Positions 13,287 to 26,732 of a DNA stretch of 64,000 nucleotides are shown here, piece after piece; position 1 is the stretch's first letter, and each line of letters begins with the position of its first letter. The DNA is from Eledone cirrhosa. Lineage: Eukaryota. The notes below the pieces were generated by a model. It was not told the origin of the DNA. It made no database searches and was given only the letters and a program-made list of their open reading frames with translations. The DNA lies in the NCBI GenBank assembly GCA_964016885.1, contig OZ024740.1:264244001-264308000 (forward strand). Reading direction: 5' to 3'. The position numbers and the translations under genes are program-made.

Positions 13287-13547
13287 GAGATAGGCCGTTA
13301 ACCAGAGAGATATACAATTAAAGTGTTAGTTATTCAGAGAGAAAGAGAGAGTTGGAAAGGACAATGTGACACGGGAGGGGTGTGTGGTATCTTTGCAGTG
13401 GAGTGGTGGGGTCAGGTATAGCTAGTCGGGCCAACTAGTATATATATAAATAAATATACACGGGTGTGTATGATCGTGTATAGAAGATTATATTAATAAA
13501 AGGAATTCCAACTTTGTCTAATTTACTCGTATTATTTACGTATTATT

Positions 13548-13692
13548 TCTAGCATAGTTACGTCCCTTTACAGTCTGAGTTCAAATCCCGCCGAGGTTAA
13601 CTTTGCCTTTCATCCTTACGGGTCGATAAAATAAAGTACCAGTAATGTAGTGGGTATTTGCTGGCCTTGTGCCTAAAGTAGAAACAATTATT
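13548..13692 (+). mobile_element. tRNA-derived SINE, 5'-truncated
   Basis: B-box, core and tail present. Confidence 0.85.
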
Positions 13693-13984
13693 TACAATCC
13701 TAAAAAATTATGATTTTATAATGAAATAGTATGGTAGAATATTAAGTGTTAAATGTTAATTGAACAAGTAATTTCATGCTTTCGCAATTTTCAGGGTCAT
13801 ATTCAGTGGTGACAGTCAAGTTTACAATTTTGGAATGTAATGAGATGGTTTAAAATCTGTGCCTTATATACAGTAAAAGGGGCTACATAATGCTAAATTT
13901 TGCAAACTGTATTTCAGACCAATCGGTGTGTAGTTTCACTAGATTACTAAGGTCATTGGTTTAGGCATCATATATCGCAAAACC

Positions 13985-14130
13985 CCGAAGACCCCGACGG
14001 CAGAGCTCGAGCCGTTTAGACGGTTAATTCTGAACTAGTTTTAGTCCAGAAATAGCCGTCGAAACTAACTATTGAGTACTCTGGTGCGTTATGGTCCTCC
14101 TGGTTCGTTACCACACTTCCTTCGTTGTAT
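13985..14130. repeat. Short ORF-less cassette (family G) carrying only the 3' half of an HHR
   Basis: Shares CCGTCGAAAC / GGC-GAGCTC-GCCGTC motif and tail GTACTCTGGTGCGTTATGGTC...CTTCGTT with 30866-31040, 47403-47578, 57425-57555 and 16290-16328. Confidence 0.7.
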
Positions 14131-14221
14131 ATATATATGTATATATATACTTATTGTAATATTGATGCAAATCAATTCAAGCACTCACGTACTTTTTCCA
14201 CAGGAGTGACGGAGTATATAT

Positions 14222-15678
14222 CGAATAAGAAAAAGCGAAGTTGTTTCAGATGTTAAAATCCTTTAATGATAATGCTGTGATTCATATTTCAATGGCGACA
14301 GTGGCCACACCGTACCGTGCGCCAGTGCCGCGACATCGTTTGACAGCTTGTTATATAATAAGTTTATGTTTCCGAGGCAATCCAAATTGAATCGGCATGG
14401 GGACGGACAAACCGTGGTGATCTTGAGTTCTTCGCCCGTTGCCTTGTGACCAGCAATTCGCCACCCCCGGTCTGCGTTGGCGCAGGTCCGAATGAAGTTG
14501 ACCATCAACTACCGCACATTTCTACGAAACTCGCTAGGCAGATACCCTTCTCAACCAAACAATGACACATCCAGGCTTGTAATATGACACGGTTATAGCT
14601 TACTGCTAGTCACCCCTGGTTAGTGGTAGTCGTCCGAAAAGCTAGTGAGGTTGGGGAGAGAATGAGTATCAATAGATCTCAATACTACCCTAAATTAAGC
14701 ATGGACAGTAGAATTGACCATCAACATCAAAGAGAATATATACTTATTTCTAGGTATTAGGGTTTTACAGTGGAAATTATGAATGAGAGTTGGAAATTAA
14801 AATTAAAAATTAAAAATCAAAAATCAGAAATCAAAATTAAAAAAATTACAAGTTAGAATCTAGATTAGAGTGAGTAAAAAAATATATATGCAAATATAAT
14901 ACTAATAAATAGGGAGATGTTTAAGTTAGAAGTTTTTAAAGAGGGATCAATGTTACAAATATACTATCTACATACTGAACGACAGTACCGTACAGTAGAA
15001 CGGAGGGTAAATTACAGTATGAAGATAGTAGTTAGGCGAATACAGAGTTAGTATTTCCATCACATGGAACTCCCCCCCCCCACACACACAAAAAAAGAAA
15101 AACTACAGATATAAAATACACAAAAAAATAATACAATACAAAAGATATATGCAAAATGAGATAGGAGATGCATATGTAAAATGAGATATGAGATATATAT
15201 GAGAAATATATACTAGGAAGGTAAACTGCATGGAAATGAGGGTATACGTGGTTAATATGATTGTCAATTTGTCCATATATAGATTTGTTATCTGGTGAAG
15301 TCAGGGGCTTCTGTTCAAATAGAATTTGCTGCAGGAAATTATGGGTTTATCGTTGTTTTTATTTCCCCGTATGTATCCTGTTGAAAGTTAGTTTATTCAT
15401 TTTATGTCCGTCCAGTATCAGGGATTTCCATCACCATGGTAGAGGGAATTTTCGTGTGTAGCTGGTGGCTGGTTCCTCTCTTCTCGACTATTATCGGTTA
15501 CACCATAGAGCGCTCAACGTTTGAGATTCTAAACATAACCATATTATGTAACAACTTTGTGACGATGTCGCGGCATCGGCGCACGTAATCGTGTGGACAC
15601 TGTCCGCCATTGAAATATGTATCCCAGTATTATCATTAAAGAACTTTAACAGCTGAAATTACTTCGCTTCTTATTCTA
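14222..15678. mobile_element. Probable PLE remnant bounded by diverged inverted repeats with decayed HHRs
   Basis: 14222-14360 is the reverse complement of 15545-15678; cores CAAACGA and GTGACGA (15559-15565), GAAA-TATG(T/A)-ATC, helix I GCTGT/ACAGC in the left arm. Confidence 0.5.
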
Positions 15679-15719
15679 TATATATATATATATATATACT
15701 ATATATAGAGTTATAAACT

Positions 15720-16229
15720 CAAACAGTCTTTACAATTAAATAGCTCAAAGAAAGAGGTATTTCTGAGCCGTGAAATACAAATTAATATAAATTAATTATA
15801 TGATAATCACTAATACAATTATATAAGTGTTTGTATTGCAAATGACCAAGGTAGCTAGATTGAAAAATACTAATTAAATTAATACAGTTTGCCTGTCCTC
15901 GTTTTAAAATAATAAATCAATAAAAACAAACCCATATTGGCAATAGCCGTGATACCTGGACAAATTTAAATTTCAAAACCCAAACGTGTTCCGCTGACAA
16001 ATTTAAATTTCAAAAGCCATTTTGAAATTTAAATTTGTCAGCGGAACAGGTTTGGGTTTTGAAATTTAAATTTGTCCAGGTATCACGGCTATTGCCAATA
16101 TGGGTTTGTTTTTATTGATTTATTATTTTAAAACGAGACAGGCAAACTGTATTAATTTAATTAGTATTTTTCAATCTAGCTACCTTGGTCATTTGCAATA
16201 CAAACACTTATATAATTGTATTAGTGTTT

Positions 16230-16234
<5 letters not shown>
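15720..16234. repeat. Fold-back palindrome related to the 534-bp unit
   Basis: Arms about 15802-16016 and 16021-16234; shares TAGCTC...CTGAGCCGTG and ATTTAAATTTCAAA blocks with 3362-4422. Confidence 0.8.
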
Positions 16235-16283
<49 letters not shown>

Positions 16284-16334
16284 AAAATGTTTCACCCCGA
16301 CGGCTGAGCTCAAGCTGTTTCAACGGCTTTATAC

Positions 16335-18501
16335 CACCAATCTTCCTCTCCCTGATCATATGCCCCATCATTGAAATGTCCCCAGATATATGTGACAGCA
16401 CGGAGGATCTCCCCAGCAGAATCAGTGAAAATAATCGATCTAGAGACCTAACAGACTGTATAATAGGTAGTATGGATGTTGTGTCCCTACATCCATCCGT
16501 TGACGTGGATTTTGCTGTGGAGAAATGCGTAGAAATGATCAATGAGAGCAATGTTGAATTCCGTGGGATTGATACCAGTGAGCTGGGACACCTACTTAAA
16601 CTTACCTATAGTAATGATTATCTTGATACATATGAACTTAGCAACATGTACCCTACAAGACCAGCAAGAAGCAGCCCACCTACCATTACCTCAATGGCCA
16701 AAAAACCCACACAGAAAGATGGAACGGTGGACCAGAGCCATACGGACACCCGAAAACCACGTTGAACTAAAGAAAATGATTGCACATGCGGTGGGGGCCA
16801 GTATAAAACTAACCCTTAAGGAACATATGTTCAAATTTAATGGAGAAACATAAGCCCAAGAGGAGGGAGCAGCCATTGGTGTTAGCATTGCAGGTGACAT
16901 AGTTAACCTATTTATGGTATGGGGGGACAATAAACTTAAACTTAAACTTAAAGAACAATTACAAGACAGCAACCTCTTAAACCTGATAATGTACTTCTGT
17001 TACGTTGATGATATAAACATCGTAGTAAAACACCCAACTAGAGAACAGTCAGGAATTAGAGAAAAACACCATGGAAAGCATCCAGCAAATAGCTAACTCC
17101 ATCCACCAGAGTATTAGAGTTACTATAGACTACCCAAGCAAACACCCCAAATATCGATTACTTGTACTAGACACAGACCTCTGGTTAGAAAACATTAATA
17201 ACAAAAAACAAATCCTCCATTCCCATTATGCCCAACCCATGACTTCCAAATATCTCATCCACCGAAACTCAGCTGTTTTGGATCACACCAAAATCAACAT
17301 ACTGATTGCGGATTTGATACGGGTGATGAGAAAGGTGTCCCGCATGTGCAACTCCAAAGAACTATAGAGAAACATACAACACTTCATCCAGCGTATGCAG
17401 TTCTCTGGTTACAATCAGAGAGAACAAATTAGAGTATATAGAAGAGCCTGAACCAAATGGGAAAAAATGGTAAATAATGATACAAATGGGACCTGCCCCT
17501 TGTATAGGAGCAAATTTTGGAATAGAATAGAGGCAATAAGCTTAATAGAATAAACTCATGGTATGATAGCAATAAATACCAGAGTGTAATGTTCATTAAT
17601 ACAACCCCTAGAGATGAATTAGCTTACACATTTATAAGGGCCCTAGATTAACATAAACTTAATATTAAGATAGTAGAAAGAACAGGTACCTCCATAAAAA
17701 CAGTTATTAGCAATACACACCCTTTTCAAAGACCGCGCTGTATAGATAAGAAATGCATAATCTGTAAACTAATCCGCCATATTAACTGTAAAACTAGAAA
17801 TGTAGTATATAGCATAAGATGTACTGAAGGACAATGAAAAGATAAGAATATAGTGTACATAGGTGAGACAGCTCCTAGTATAGGAGAACGGTTAAATGAA
17901 CACCGGCGAGAACTTCAAGATAAAAAAGAATCATCAATACTCCACCAACATGCTAAAATAGAACATAAGGGCAAATTAGAGAACATAGAAATAAAAATAG
18001 AATCTACACACATAAAAGACGCAATGTTTAGACAAATCACAGAGGCAATAAACATAAATGAACTCCAACCAAAATTAAATCGAATACATGAAAGGAATAG
18101 CAACATCACAACTTACAATTAAGGACAACATGAAAACACACACACACATAGAACAAACAACCAACCAGTAACATGTAAATAAACAAATAAATAAACAAGT
18201 AAAAACACACACATACACCCGGATGCAACACATGCGCAAACTAAGTACACAACACACATAAAAACAAGATGGAATAGGACAGAACAAAGGAGAGGCACAA
18301 AACAAAGAAAATAAACCCCAATCACTGATGAGGTCGCAGAATGTGTGACGAAAGAACTTTGACAATATATGAACAACAGTCCGGTTATGGAACCAACCAA
18401 CCAACCAACCGGAAATTTATAAATTTAATTTATAATAAATTGGAGTGAAAGCACTGGTGCGTGTGTTTCTTATCGGCAACATGCCCCCCCCCCCCAAGCA
18501 T

Positions 18502-18510
<9 letters not shown>
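16335..18510 (+). mobile_element. 5'-truncated PLE (Nematis-like): RT, C-terminal GIY-YIG and HHR-bearing 3' pLTR; pseudogenised
   Basis: RT GSMDVVSLHPS, QEEGAAIG, YVDD; thumb HYAQPMTS; endonuclease VVYSIRC...YIGETAPSIGERLNEH; stops and frameshifts. Clade label is from recall. Confidence 0.88.
18322..18362 (+). ncRNA. Minimal type I HHR of Nematis-like pLTR
   Basis: TCA-CTGATGA(18325-18331)-G-GTCGCA...TGTGAC-GAAA-GAAC-TT^TGA. Confidence 0.85.
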
Positions 18511-18532
<22 letters not shown>

Positions 18533-18794
18533 GACTACTTGGAAACACTGATGGTGTGCTTCTTGTTTCAATTTTCCTTTGTTCATTACGAGAGAATCGT
18601 ATGCTCTACCCGCACGAAATCACTTGTCTCACTATTTAACTGTGCACTCTATTTAAGTGTGCACTCTGCTTTCATTTCGGTTGGTATCGTAATGATTCTG
18701 GCTTCATTAAAGAATTGAGTGAATGGGACATCAATCGAAGAATTGTTGGTTCTATCCATTGACAACGTTTTAGTATAATAACAATAATAATAAT

Positions 18795-18955
18795 AATAAT
18801 TGTTTCTACTTTAGGCACAAGACCAGCAATTACCCAGTGCATTACTGGTACTTTAATTTATCGACCCCGTAAGGATGAAAGGCAAAGTCAACCTCGGCGG
18901 GATTTGAATTCAGATCGTAAAGGGACGTAACTATGCTGGAAAGCATGGCGTCCGA
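18795..18955 (-). mobile_element. tRNA-derived SINE
   Basis: Reverse complement of the consensus with (TAA)n tail. Confidence 0.85.
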
Positions 18956-19095
18956 ATAGTTATAATTATATATATATATACAATTTTTATAATTATTATG
19001 ATAATTTAATATATATATATATATATATATAGTGGTAGAACACTGGATGGTGATATCCGTAGTGGTAGAGGACTCAGTCTATGGGACGAGTTAGG

Positions 19096-19879
19096 TAGAA
19101 GTGGTTACACAACAGTTAGTTCACCTGACCGAGAACAATTGTTTCACCTCAGCGGATCCTCACCTCATAATGGACATGGCTATACGGAACTGGAAGGACA
19201 ACCGTACGAACGCGCATACGCAGGAACCGTCACTTCACACAGGCAATACTAAAAAGCGTGCGAGAGGTGTAAGGGGTATAACTTCAAAAGTCCGAAAAGT
19301 TTCTAGTTGATAACAAAATTAGGATGTTGTGATTCAATCCCGGGCTTTGTAGTTATGTAAGAGGTGTTTCGAGACGTGTGGATAACGTGTGAAGAATTCA
19401 TTCCTCGTGTTTAGGCGATCACTATTGCATAATCTCTTTAGAATATTTATTCATTCATCAATACATAGTCCACACGACGGATTTCCCCTTGCGTATTGCT
19501 TGAACTTAGTGATGGCTTTCTATTGAAGGGAGCAGTCTATACTTGAGTCCTTGAGGGAACATACGTGGCTCGCGAGTTTCGTGGATGAACGTCTCTCCGG
19601 GTAACTAAAGTTCGACTGGTGGTTCAGGAAGCGTTCCTTAAATCGGCCCTCCGCCAAACCCACATAGTATTTGACCTCCTGTGGTTGATTTGGTCGGTTG
19701 GAAGTGACCACAGCTTCATAAATTACAGCGGGTGTGTTGCATTGCCGTTGAACGGGACAAGCATGCGCGTTCGTACGGTTGTCCTTCCTGTTCCGTATAA
19801 CCATGTCCATTACGAGCTGAGGATCCGCTAAGGTGAAACAATTGTTCTCGGCATGGTGAACTAACTGTTGTGTAACCAC

Positions 19880-19885
<6 letters not shown>
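19096..19885 (-). mobile_element. Short Hydra-like PLE remnant (GIY-YIG only) with inverted pLTR
   Basis: CPVQRQC...VIYEA...YVGLAEGRFKERFLNH...CGLC...LNTRNE; 19096-19217 is the reverse complement of 19763-19885. Confidence 0.85.
19801..19856 (+). ncRNA. Type I HHR (helix III ACAATTGT)
   Basis: CCATG...CGAG-CTGAGGA(19817-19823)-TCC-GCTAA-GGT-GAAA-CAATTG-TT^CTCG-GCATGG; mirror copy at 19125-19180 has GTGAGGA. Confidence 0.85.
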
Positions 19886-19957
<72 letters not shown>

Positions 19958-20127
19958 ATAATAATAAATTTGAAGACTAAAATCCAAAGAGGGCTCGATA
20001 AGGATAGATATATATCAAATATATAAGAACCGTAGAGCAAATATTTTCTGTTATTTTAATAAATATATATATATATATTTATATATATATATATATAATT
20101 ATTATTTATTATTATTACTATTATCAG

Positions 20128-20757
20128 GTTTCACTTGAAGAGGAAAATCATGGTGGATGGGCAAGTGCTGCCTTCTAGTAATTTTGTTGAAAGGTGGGTG
20201 AATGTGGCGAACATGGTCCGAGTGAACGGGACCGCTCTGAATATACGCCTGTAGTTTGAGAAATGGAAAAATTGAGAGAGGGCGCTTGCCCTGGTGGTCA
20301 GGATGGCCGTGGTCTTTTGTGTCGTTTTCCCCACGAGTAACCCTCGGAGTTTTCTCACCCTATTGGAGAATTGTTTATATATATATTCATATGTCTATGT
20401 CTTTTTTTTTATTCTTTTCTTATATAAATAATAAAAATCTAACCCACATGGTACCGCCCTGTACCGTCCTGTGCCGTCTGTAATGTTTTTCTTGGTGTCA
20501 GCCCTTGTGGCCAATAAAGAAATCATTACTGGTGGTCAGGGTCACCGTGGCTTTTTTGTAATGGGCTTTCTCCACGATGGCCCTCGGAAGTCTCCTCCCT
20601 ATTGGGGAATTTTTCATTGTTCTATTATTACATCCACTGTTTTTTTGTTTTTTTTTTGTTTTTTTACATGCAAAAATGCCCATTTGTACCGTCCTGTATT
20701 GTCCTGTACTGTCCTTAATGTCTACATTGTATAAACCCTTGTGGTTTATAAAGAAAG

Positions 20758-20800
<43 letters not shown>
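20128..20800 (+). mobile_element. 3' fragment of L1/Tx1 LINE with (TTA)n tail
   Basis: Homologous to 26225-26615 (FHLKRKI...; TTGTGGTT-ATAAAGA end). Confidence 0.8.
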
Positions 20801-20802
<2 letters not shown>

Positions 20803-20820
20803 TATTTGTTGTTATTATTA

Positions 20821-21003
20821 GTGGATTGGCAGTATCGTAGAGGGTCGGACGCCATGCTTTCCAGCATAGTTACGTCCCTTTGCAGTCTGAGTTCAAATTC
20901 CGCCGAGGTTAACTTTGCCTTTCATCCTTACGGGATCGATAAAATAAAGTGCCAGTGATGTACTGGTTAATAGATGGCCTTGTGCCAAAAGTAGAAACAA
21001 TGA
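20821..21003 (+). mobile_element. tRNA-derived SINE
   Basis: Full consensus match. Confidence 0.9.
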
Positions 21004-21199
21004 TTATGAACGGCGGTAAATACTACAGACAGAGTAAGTTAGTTGAATTTTTATGAGTTATCGAAAGTTCTATATACTATTTTTTACATCGGTGTATAGT
21101 TAAAGAACCCCCTCTGTGAAAGGATGTGGTTTTTAACTGTATATCGCGCCCTTGAGGGCTAAATTTGCATTTATTTACAATCATACACCCCCCCCCCCC

Positions 21200-24100
21200 C
21201 CCTCCAATTTTGTTTTTAAAGAACATGGCGGACAAAAATAATTGTCCACAGGGAGGAACAGCGAGTTGTTCGGAGGGTGGAACAGCCATTTCCACCCAAT
21301 CACAAGGCAAAGTAAAAAAAACAAGAGAAACAGCAGCAGCAGTGACAGTGACAGTGGTGGTGACAACAGCAAAAGTAGTTGCCGTAGTGGAAATTACAAC
21401 GGAAACTTCCCTACGTTAGAAAAATCAAACACGACCGCCACCCCAATAACAACAATAACAACAGCAACAGCCATAAGGAACCCAAAGAACAACAACTATA
21501 ATAGCAGCAATGCAGAGGAAAACAAAACAAACAAAAACACCAACGACGGCAACAAAGACAAAACTACTGATGAGGCAACACAAATCAAAACAAACTCATC
21601 TTTCGCTAAAACGACAAACAATTTTGAACAAGTACACATCATTAACAAAGAAAGAAAACATGCAAAAGTCTTGGTTAAAAAGACTGGACCGGGTAAGTCT
21701 CGCCCTCCCAGCTGAGATACTAAGAAACAAGCTTTTGTGTTCGGTCAGTTATCGCACGATGGAATAAAAATCGCGGCGAGTTGAACGGGCAAAGGAGTCA
21801 TAGGTCCAAATAGCTATGGGTACCGTTTTGGCACAGAAAATATACATAGCCCGAGGATCGAGATATGGCACTGTGGATGTGCTCTTCGTTACACCAGAAG
21901 AAGCCCGAGCACACTCCATTGCGCCACTCCGCAGTGACGAAATCATAATGATGCCCACATACTGCGGCCAGAGAGTCGTGAGGGTTCGAGTGGCCCAGGT
22001 TCCGCCCTCAGTGGTGATGGCGTGGTTGACGGCGGCCGTCATCGCTGACGTTGAGGATTCAACAACTATACTCAACGTCATACGAATAAGGCAGGAAAAT
22101 TTGACAGTGTCGGGGATGGAGCTAATCATCCAAGCAAACCATGACGGCATTGAAGCCATCCCCGATGTAATAGACCTGGACAACGGCAGCAATCCACCCG
22201 TTACTGTCGAAGGTAGGCGCCCAAGTTGTCATGGATGCAGTGACAAGACGCACCTTAGGGGATTCTTCCCCAAACTCGCCGAAACAGGCACGCGCCCACC
22301 CCTTCTCTCCACGCCGTGCCTCGCGACTGGAGTGGACAAACAAACAAAGCCCACAGTGGCAGAAGAGTAATCACCACCCCAACAGAAAAAGCACCATCTC
22401 TTCCACCACCCACAGAACCAATTGAAAGCATACCCTTTCCTGATATAGCTAAATCGGACAAGGAGTGCGATGAGGCCCAAGAATGGAGAACTATTCCAAC
22501 AAAAAAGGTAGAACTCCCTACCCCCACCCCCGCCCCCCAAAACAGAGGAAGAAAAACCCTAAAAAAAGAAAATGAAAACTCCCCACCTCCCCCACTACCA
22601 TCAACATTCATACCCCACACCACCTACACCATCACCACCACCACCACCACCGCCACCCTTACCATCTACCCCATCGTCACCTCCAACATGACAACAAACA
22701 CAGAAAGTACCAACACCCCAACAGCAGACACAATATACAGTCATAGACACAGACAACACAAAGCTTTTAAATTACATTCAACACCACACCAACATCACAG
22801 AAACAAACTACGTACAAACCACCAAAATTGCACACCCACACACATAAAAATAATAGAAATCACACAAAAAAATTGCATAACATTTAAAAAATGTTCCCCA
22901 CATCAATTGGAGACTACCGAAGAAAAATTACCAAAAGAATATTCACGGATATTCTCCTGTAGAAACCCACCAATGGTCGGAGAGATGGATCCCCCACCCC
23001 CTTCCTAAAAAAGACCACAGGTAATTTTTGTACCTCTCACCTCTCACTTGGTTTCCTCCTATCCTAGCCAACATGGCTTCTCCCAGAATAAGTAGCCTGG
23101 GGTCGTCTTGGAAGCAGGGTCACCTGCTGAACGATCTCAGGTCGCTAAACATAGATGTGGTGGCCATCAGCGAGACCAGAATCTCCGAGGCACGGGCATT
23201 CGCACCTATTTTCGGCGGCTACGAGGTGTATACATCTCCAAGCCATCCCGTATCGCGGAGGGCCGGTAGTGGCCTAGTTCTTCCGGAGAAGTTTGGATCT
23301 CGAGATACCACAACAGGAGCAGGACGGCCTGAATTCTTCCGGCGTCTAGAGACCTTTCTTAGAACGTCCCGCTCTCTAGTGTTAGTGGGCGACTGGAATG
23401 GGATCTTAGATGAAAGCTGGGATTGTGTGGGATTAGCGGATAGGGGAGGAGGGTGTAAAAGCCTCAGGAACCTACTCAGGCGTTTTCAACTGTCGGAGAG
23501 GTACCGATTGGATTTCACGAATATGCCAATGTGGACTTGGACAAACCGTATCGGGTCATCCAGATCATATCTAGATAGAGTATTTTGTAGGGAAATAGAT
23601 AGGTCTAGCAAGGCTGTCCACAATTCAAGATAGTCAGCTACACGGACCACAAATTCGTGATCTGTGTGGTTGATTTAGATAGGCTTCATTGACAGGGACC
23701 CAGCTACTGGAAACTAAACGCGTGGTTAACAGCGCGCAAAGCTTACACAGACCGGATTACCGAATTAGTTAAGCAGGGGTTGACAGGGGCCATCGTCAAC
23801 AACAAATGGTGGTTTGCACTGAAAAGAGCGATTAGAATAGAATCCATTAGGTTTAGTAAAGCGCTAGTAACAGAGAAAAATAGAGCAGAAGGAAATCTAG
23901 TTAAGAAATTAGACGAGGCGCTTTGTAAAAGCATCGTGACCGACGTGCTTGCGGCGAAATTGGCTCTCGACCAAATTTTCAAAGCTAAGCCCGAAGGCTG
24001 CATTGTCAGAGCTAGGGTGCGTGCTCTCTGACACAAAGGGACAAAAGCCGTTCAATGGGTGCGGGTGGCGGAGACGCGTCGTGGTAACAAATCCCCGATC

Positions 24101-26615
24101 CGGTCTTTGGCGAACCACGACGGGCACATGATACTCGAATCCGGGCAGATATGTGCGGCTTTTCAGCAGCACTTTGCTCAGCTTTTCGGAAGCAATGGCG
24201 GGGCGCATCGCGGAATGGACTTCAGTGCCTACATCAACGGATTGCCGCGGCTCTCAGCCACTGAGGCGGAGTGTTGCGAAATGCCGATAACAGCTGTTGA
24301 AGTACAGGAGGCAATGGCTAGCAGCACAATGGGTAAATCGCCTCGTTTGGATGGTCTGCCATACGAATTTTACATACATATGCCAGACCTGTTCGAAGAC
24401 CTCTTGGAAGACGATTACTGCAACTGGCAGTAGAACAGGTGTATTCCCAGCTGTGTGAGCCGAGGAGCGGTGGCGCTGGTGAGAAAGGATCCGAACAAGG
24501 GGGATAACAGATAATTTCAGGCGCATAACTTTGCTAAACAAAGACTTCAAGATTTTGGCTAAGGTGCTAGCAAACAGGTTGGCGCTTGATGTTGGTGGTC
24601 TGGCGGGAGAGGCGCAAACATGCCCCATTCCAGACAGATACTTCCACGACAATGTCCTCCTCATGCGACATAGTAGAGAGGGTAGCTAGGGAAACTGGCA
24701 TGGGTGGGTCTTTGATCAATTTAGATCAGTTAAAAGATTTCGATAGGGTCGACCATCGTTATCTGGCAGCAGTCCTAAGAGCAGCGGGCTTTGGGACTGT
24801 CTTCGGGGGGTGGATAGCTGTCATGCAGAGCGACATCTGCTCTGTGGTGAGAGTGAAAGGTCACCTTTCGCAACCCTTCAACATGATGCGTTCGATCCGC
24901 CAGGGATGTCCTCTCTTGTCCTTGTTGTACGTATTGACTCTTGAGCCATTACTGTACAAACTGGAGACGTTGATGGGGATCCCTCGTGAACTAGGAAGAC
25001 GACGAACAGTGTTAGCTTATGCAGACGACATCACCGTAGTTGTGTAGAACACCAAATACATCGAGGCAATCGGCATCACACTAAGAGAATACGAGGTAGT
25101 GATAGGAGCATTGATCAGCCAGGAAAAATCAGTAGACGTGCAACTCGGGACCTGGAGAGGTGCTGGACGGACGGACCAGTTAAATTGCTAGGGGTCTGGT
25201 TCGCTCCGGACCTCCAGACGGATAAAAACTGGGAGGAGGTCACGAGCAAGATATATTTCTCTGACCCAGAAACGGGCCGAGAGGAAGCCATCCCAGAAAG
25301 GTCGAGCGGAGGTAGCGAATGCGTACATCGCGTACGTCATCTACTACCGCCTGACCGTCGTGCTTTGTCCTAAGCCTTACCTGACTGCACTGGAACGTTT
25401 GCTCTTTCGCTTTTTGTGGAAGGGACGTACTCCGATGGTTATGCGATCCATCTACTGGCAACACCCGCTACACGGAGAGCTGGGTATGCCGTGGCTGATG
25501 ATGCGCAGACATGCGCTCAGGCTACGGCATCTCCACAGCTTCCTTGACGGTGATCAAGTGTGGTCGCCCTTTGCTAGACACATGTTTCCTCAGCTTGTCT
25601 CCTTGGCGGAGCTGCAGTCCTGGGTCAAACGAAGACCGAGGGGAAGCGCTTGGAGACTAGAATGTCTTCAGACGATTACAGCCCTCTATCAGTCGTGCAA
25701 TACAATCGCTGGAAACTCCACCTTGGCTTTCTATAGAGGATTAATGGAAGGAAAGAGCAACGACGTCCTTGGGGATACTCTAGGCGTCGACGAAAACCAA
25801 CTAGCCAAGATCTACGGGAGAACTTTCGGGCCGGGGCCCATGGACAACTTCCAGAAATCCCTGGCCTGGCAGTGCTACCGAGGAGCCTTGCTAGTTCGGG
25901 ATAGACTCTACAGGCATGGAAGTGCCGTCAGCCGAACATTGTTGAGATGAACACAGGCCGATGAAACCGACCTGCACGCACTCGTCCAGTGTCCGAGCAT
26001 TACTGATTTGTGGGTTTATACCGAACACCTGCCACGTGTAGAACAGATCCCGCTATCAGCTGAGTCCATCGTGAAGATTGCCCCGCCGCCTTTCTCTAGC
26101 CGAGAAGGGCAGGCAGTTTTTATCAGGCTGGTGGCCATGGTAAAAGAGATTGTATGGTGGGCACGTCTGAAAGGTTTGAAGACCGGTACTTTCCTCTTCG
26201 GTAACGCCCTCATTAACCTTTTAAGGTTTCACCTGAAGAGGAAAATCAGGGTGGAGAGGTAAGTGCCGATCTGCAGCCAGTTTGTTCAAAGGTGAGTGAG
26301 AGAGGCAGGAATGGTACGTGTGAATGGGTCTACAATGAGCCTGTGCCTGTAGCATTGTAGGAGAAAAACTGGAAGAGGGCATTTGCCCAATCGGTCAGGG
26401 TAGCCGTGGCTTTTCTTGTGGGCTTTGTCCACGAACAACCCTCGGAGGTCTCCCCCCCTTTTGGGGAATATTTCATTATTTCCTTTTGTCACACACTGTT
26501 TACTTTTTTTTACACGCATAAATTCCAATGTGTATTGTCCTTTGTTGTCCTTAATGTTATACATTGTGTCAAACCTTGTGGTTAATAAAGATAGCACTAT
26601 TATTATTATTATTAT
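21200..26615 (+). mobile_element. Near full-length decayed L1/Tx1-clade LINE (ORF1 about 21225-23000; ORF2 APE-RT about 23070-26350)
   Basis: ORF1 zinc knuckle RRPSCHGCSDKTH; APE SETR, GDWN, LDRV, TDH; RT LDQLKDFDRVDH, RQGCPL, YADD; AATAAA plus (TTA)n tail; many stops. Confidence 0.93.
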
Positions 26616-26712
26616 TTTAACTTTGCTTTTTATCCTTACGGGGTCGATAAAATAAAGTACCAGCAATGTACTGGGTAATTGCTGGCCTTGTGCCCAAAGT
26701 AGAGACAATTAT
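26616..26712 (+). mobile_element. SINE 3' half
   Basis: Core and tail of the consensus. Confidence 0.85.
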
Positions 26713-26732
26713 TATTATTATTATGATTATTA

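Noticed and set aside
17835-17837. TGA at a conserved Cys of the GIY-YIG region (possible selenocysteine PLE)
   Set aside because: The sister copy at about 62305 has TGT, and this copy has other stops and frameshifts; no SECIS was recognised.
20821-21003. A/B boxes as a tRNA gene
   Set aside because: No cloverleaf; it is a multi-copy SINE, and other copies have TSDs.
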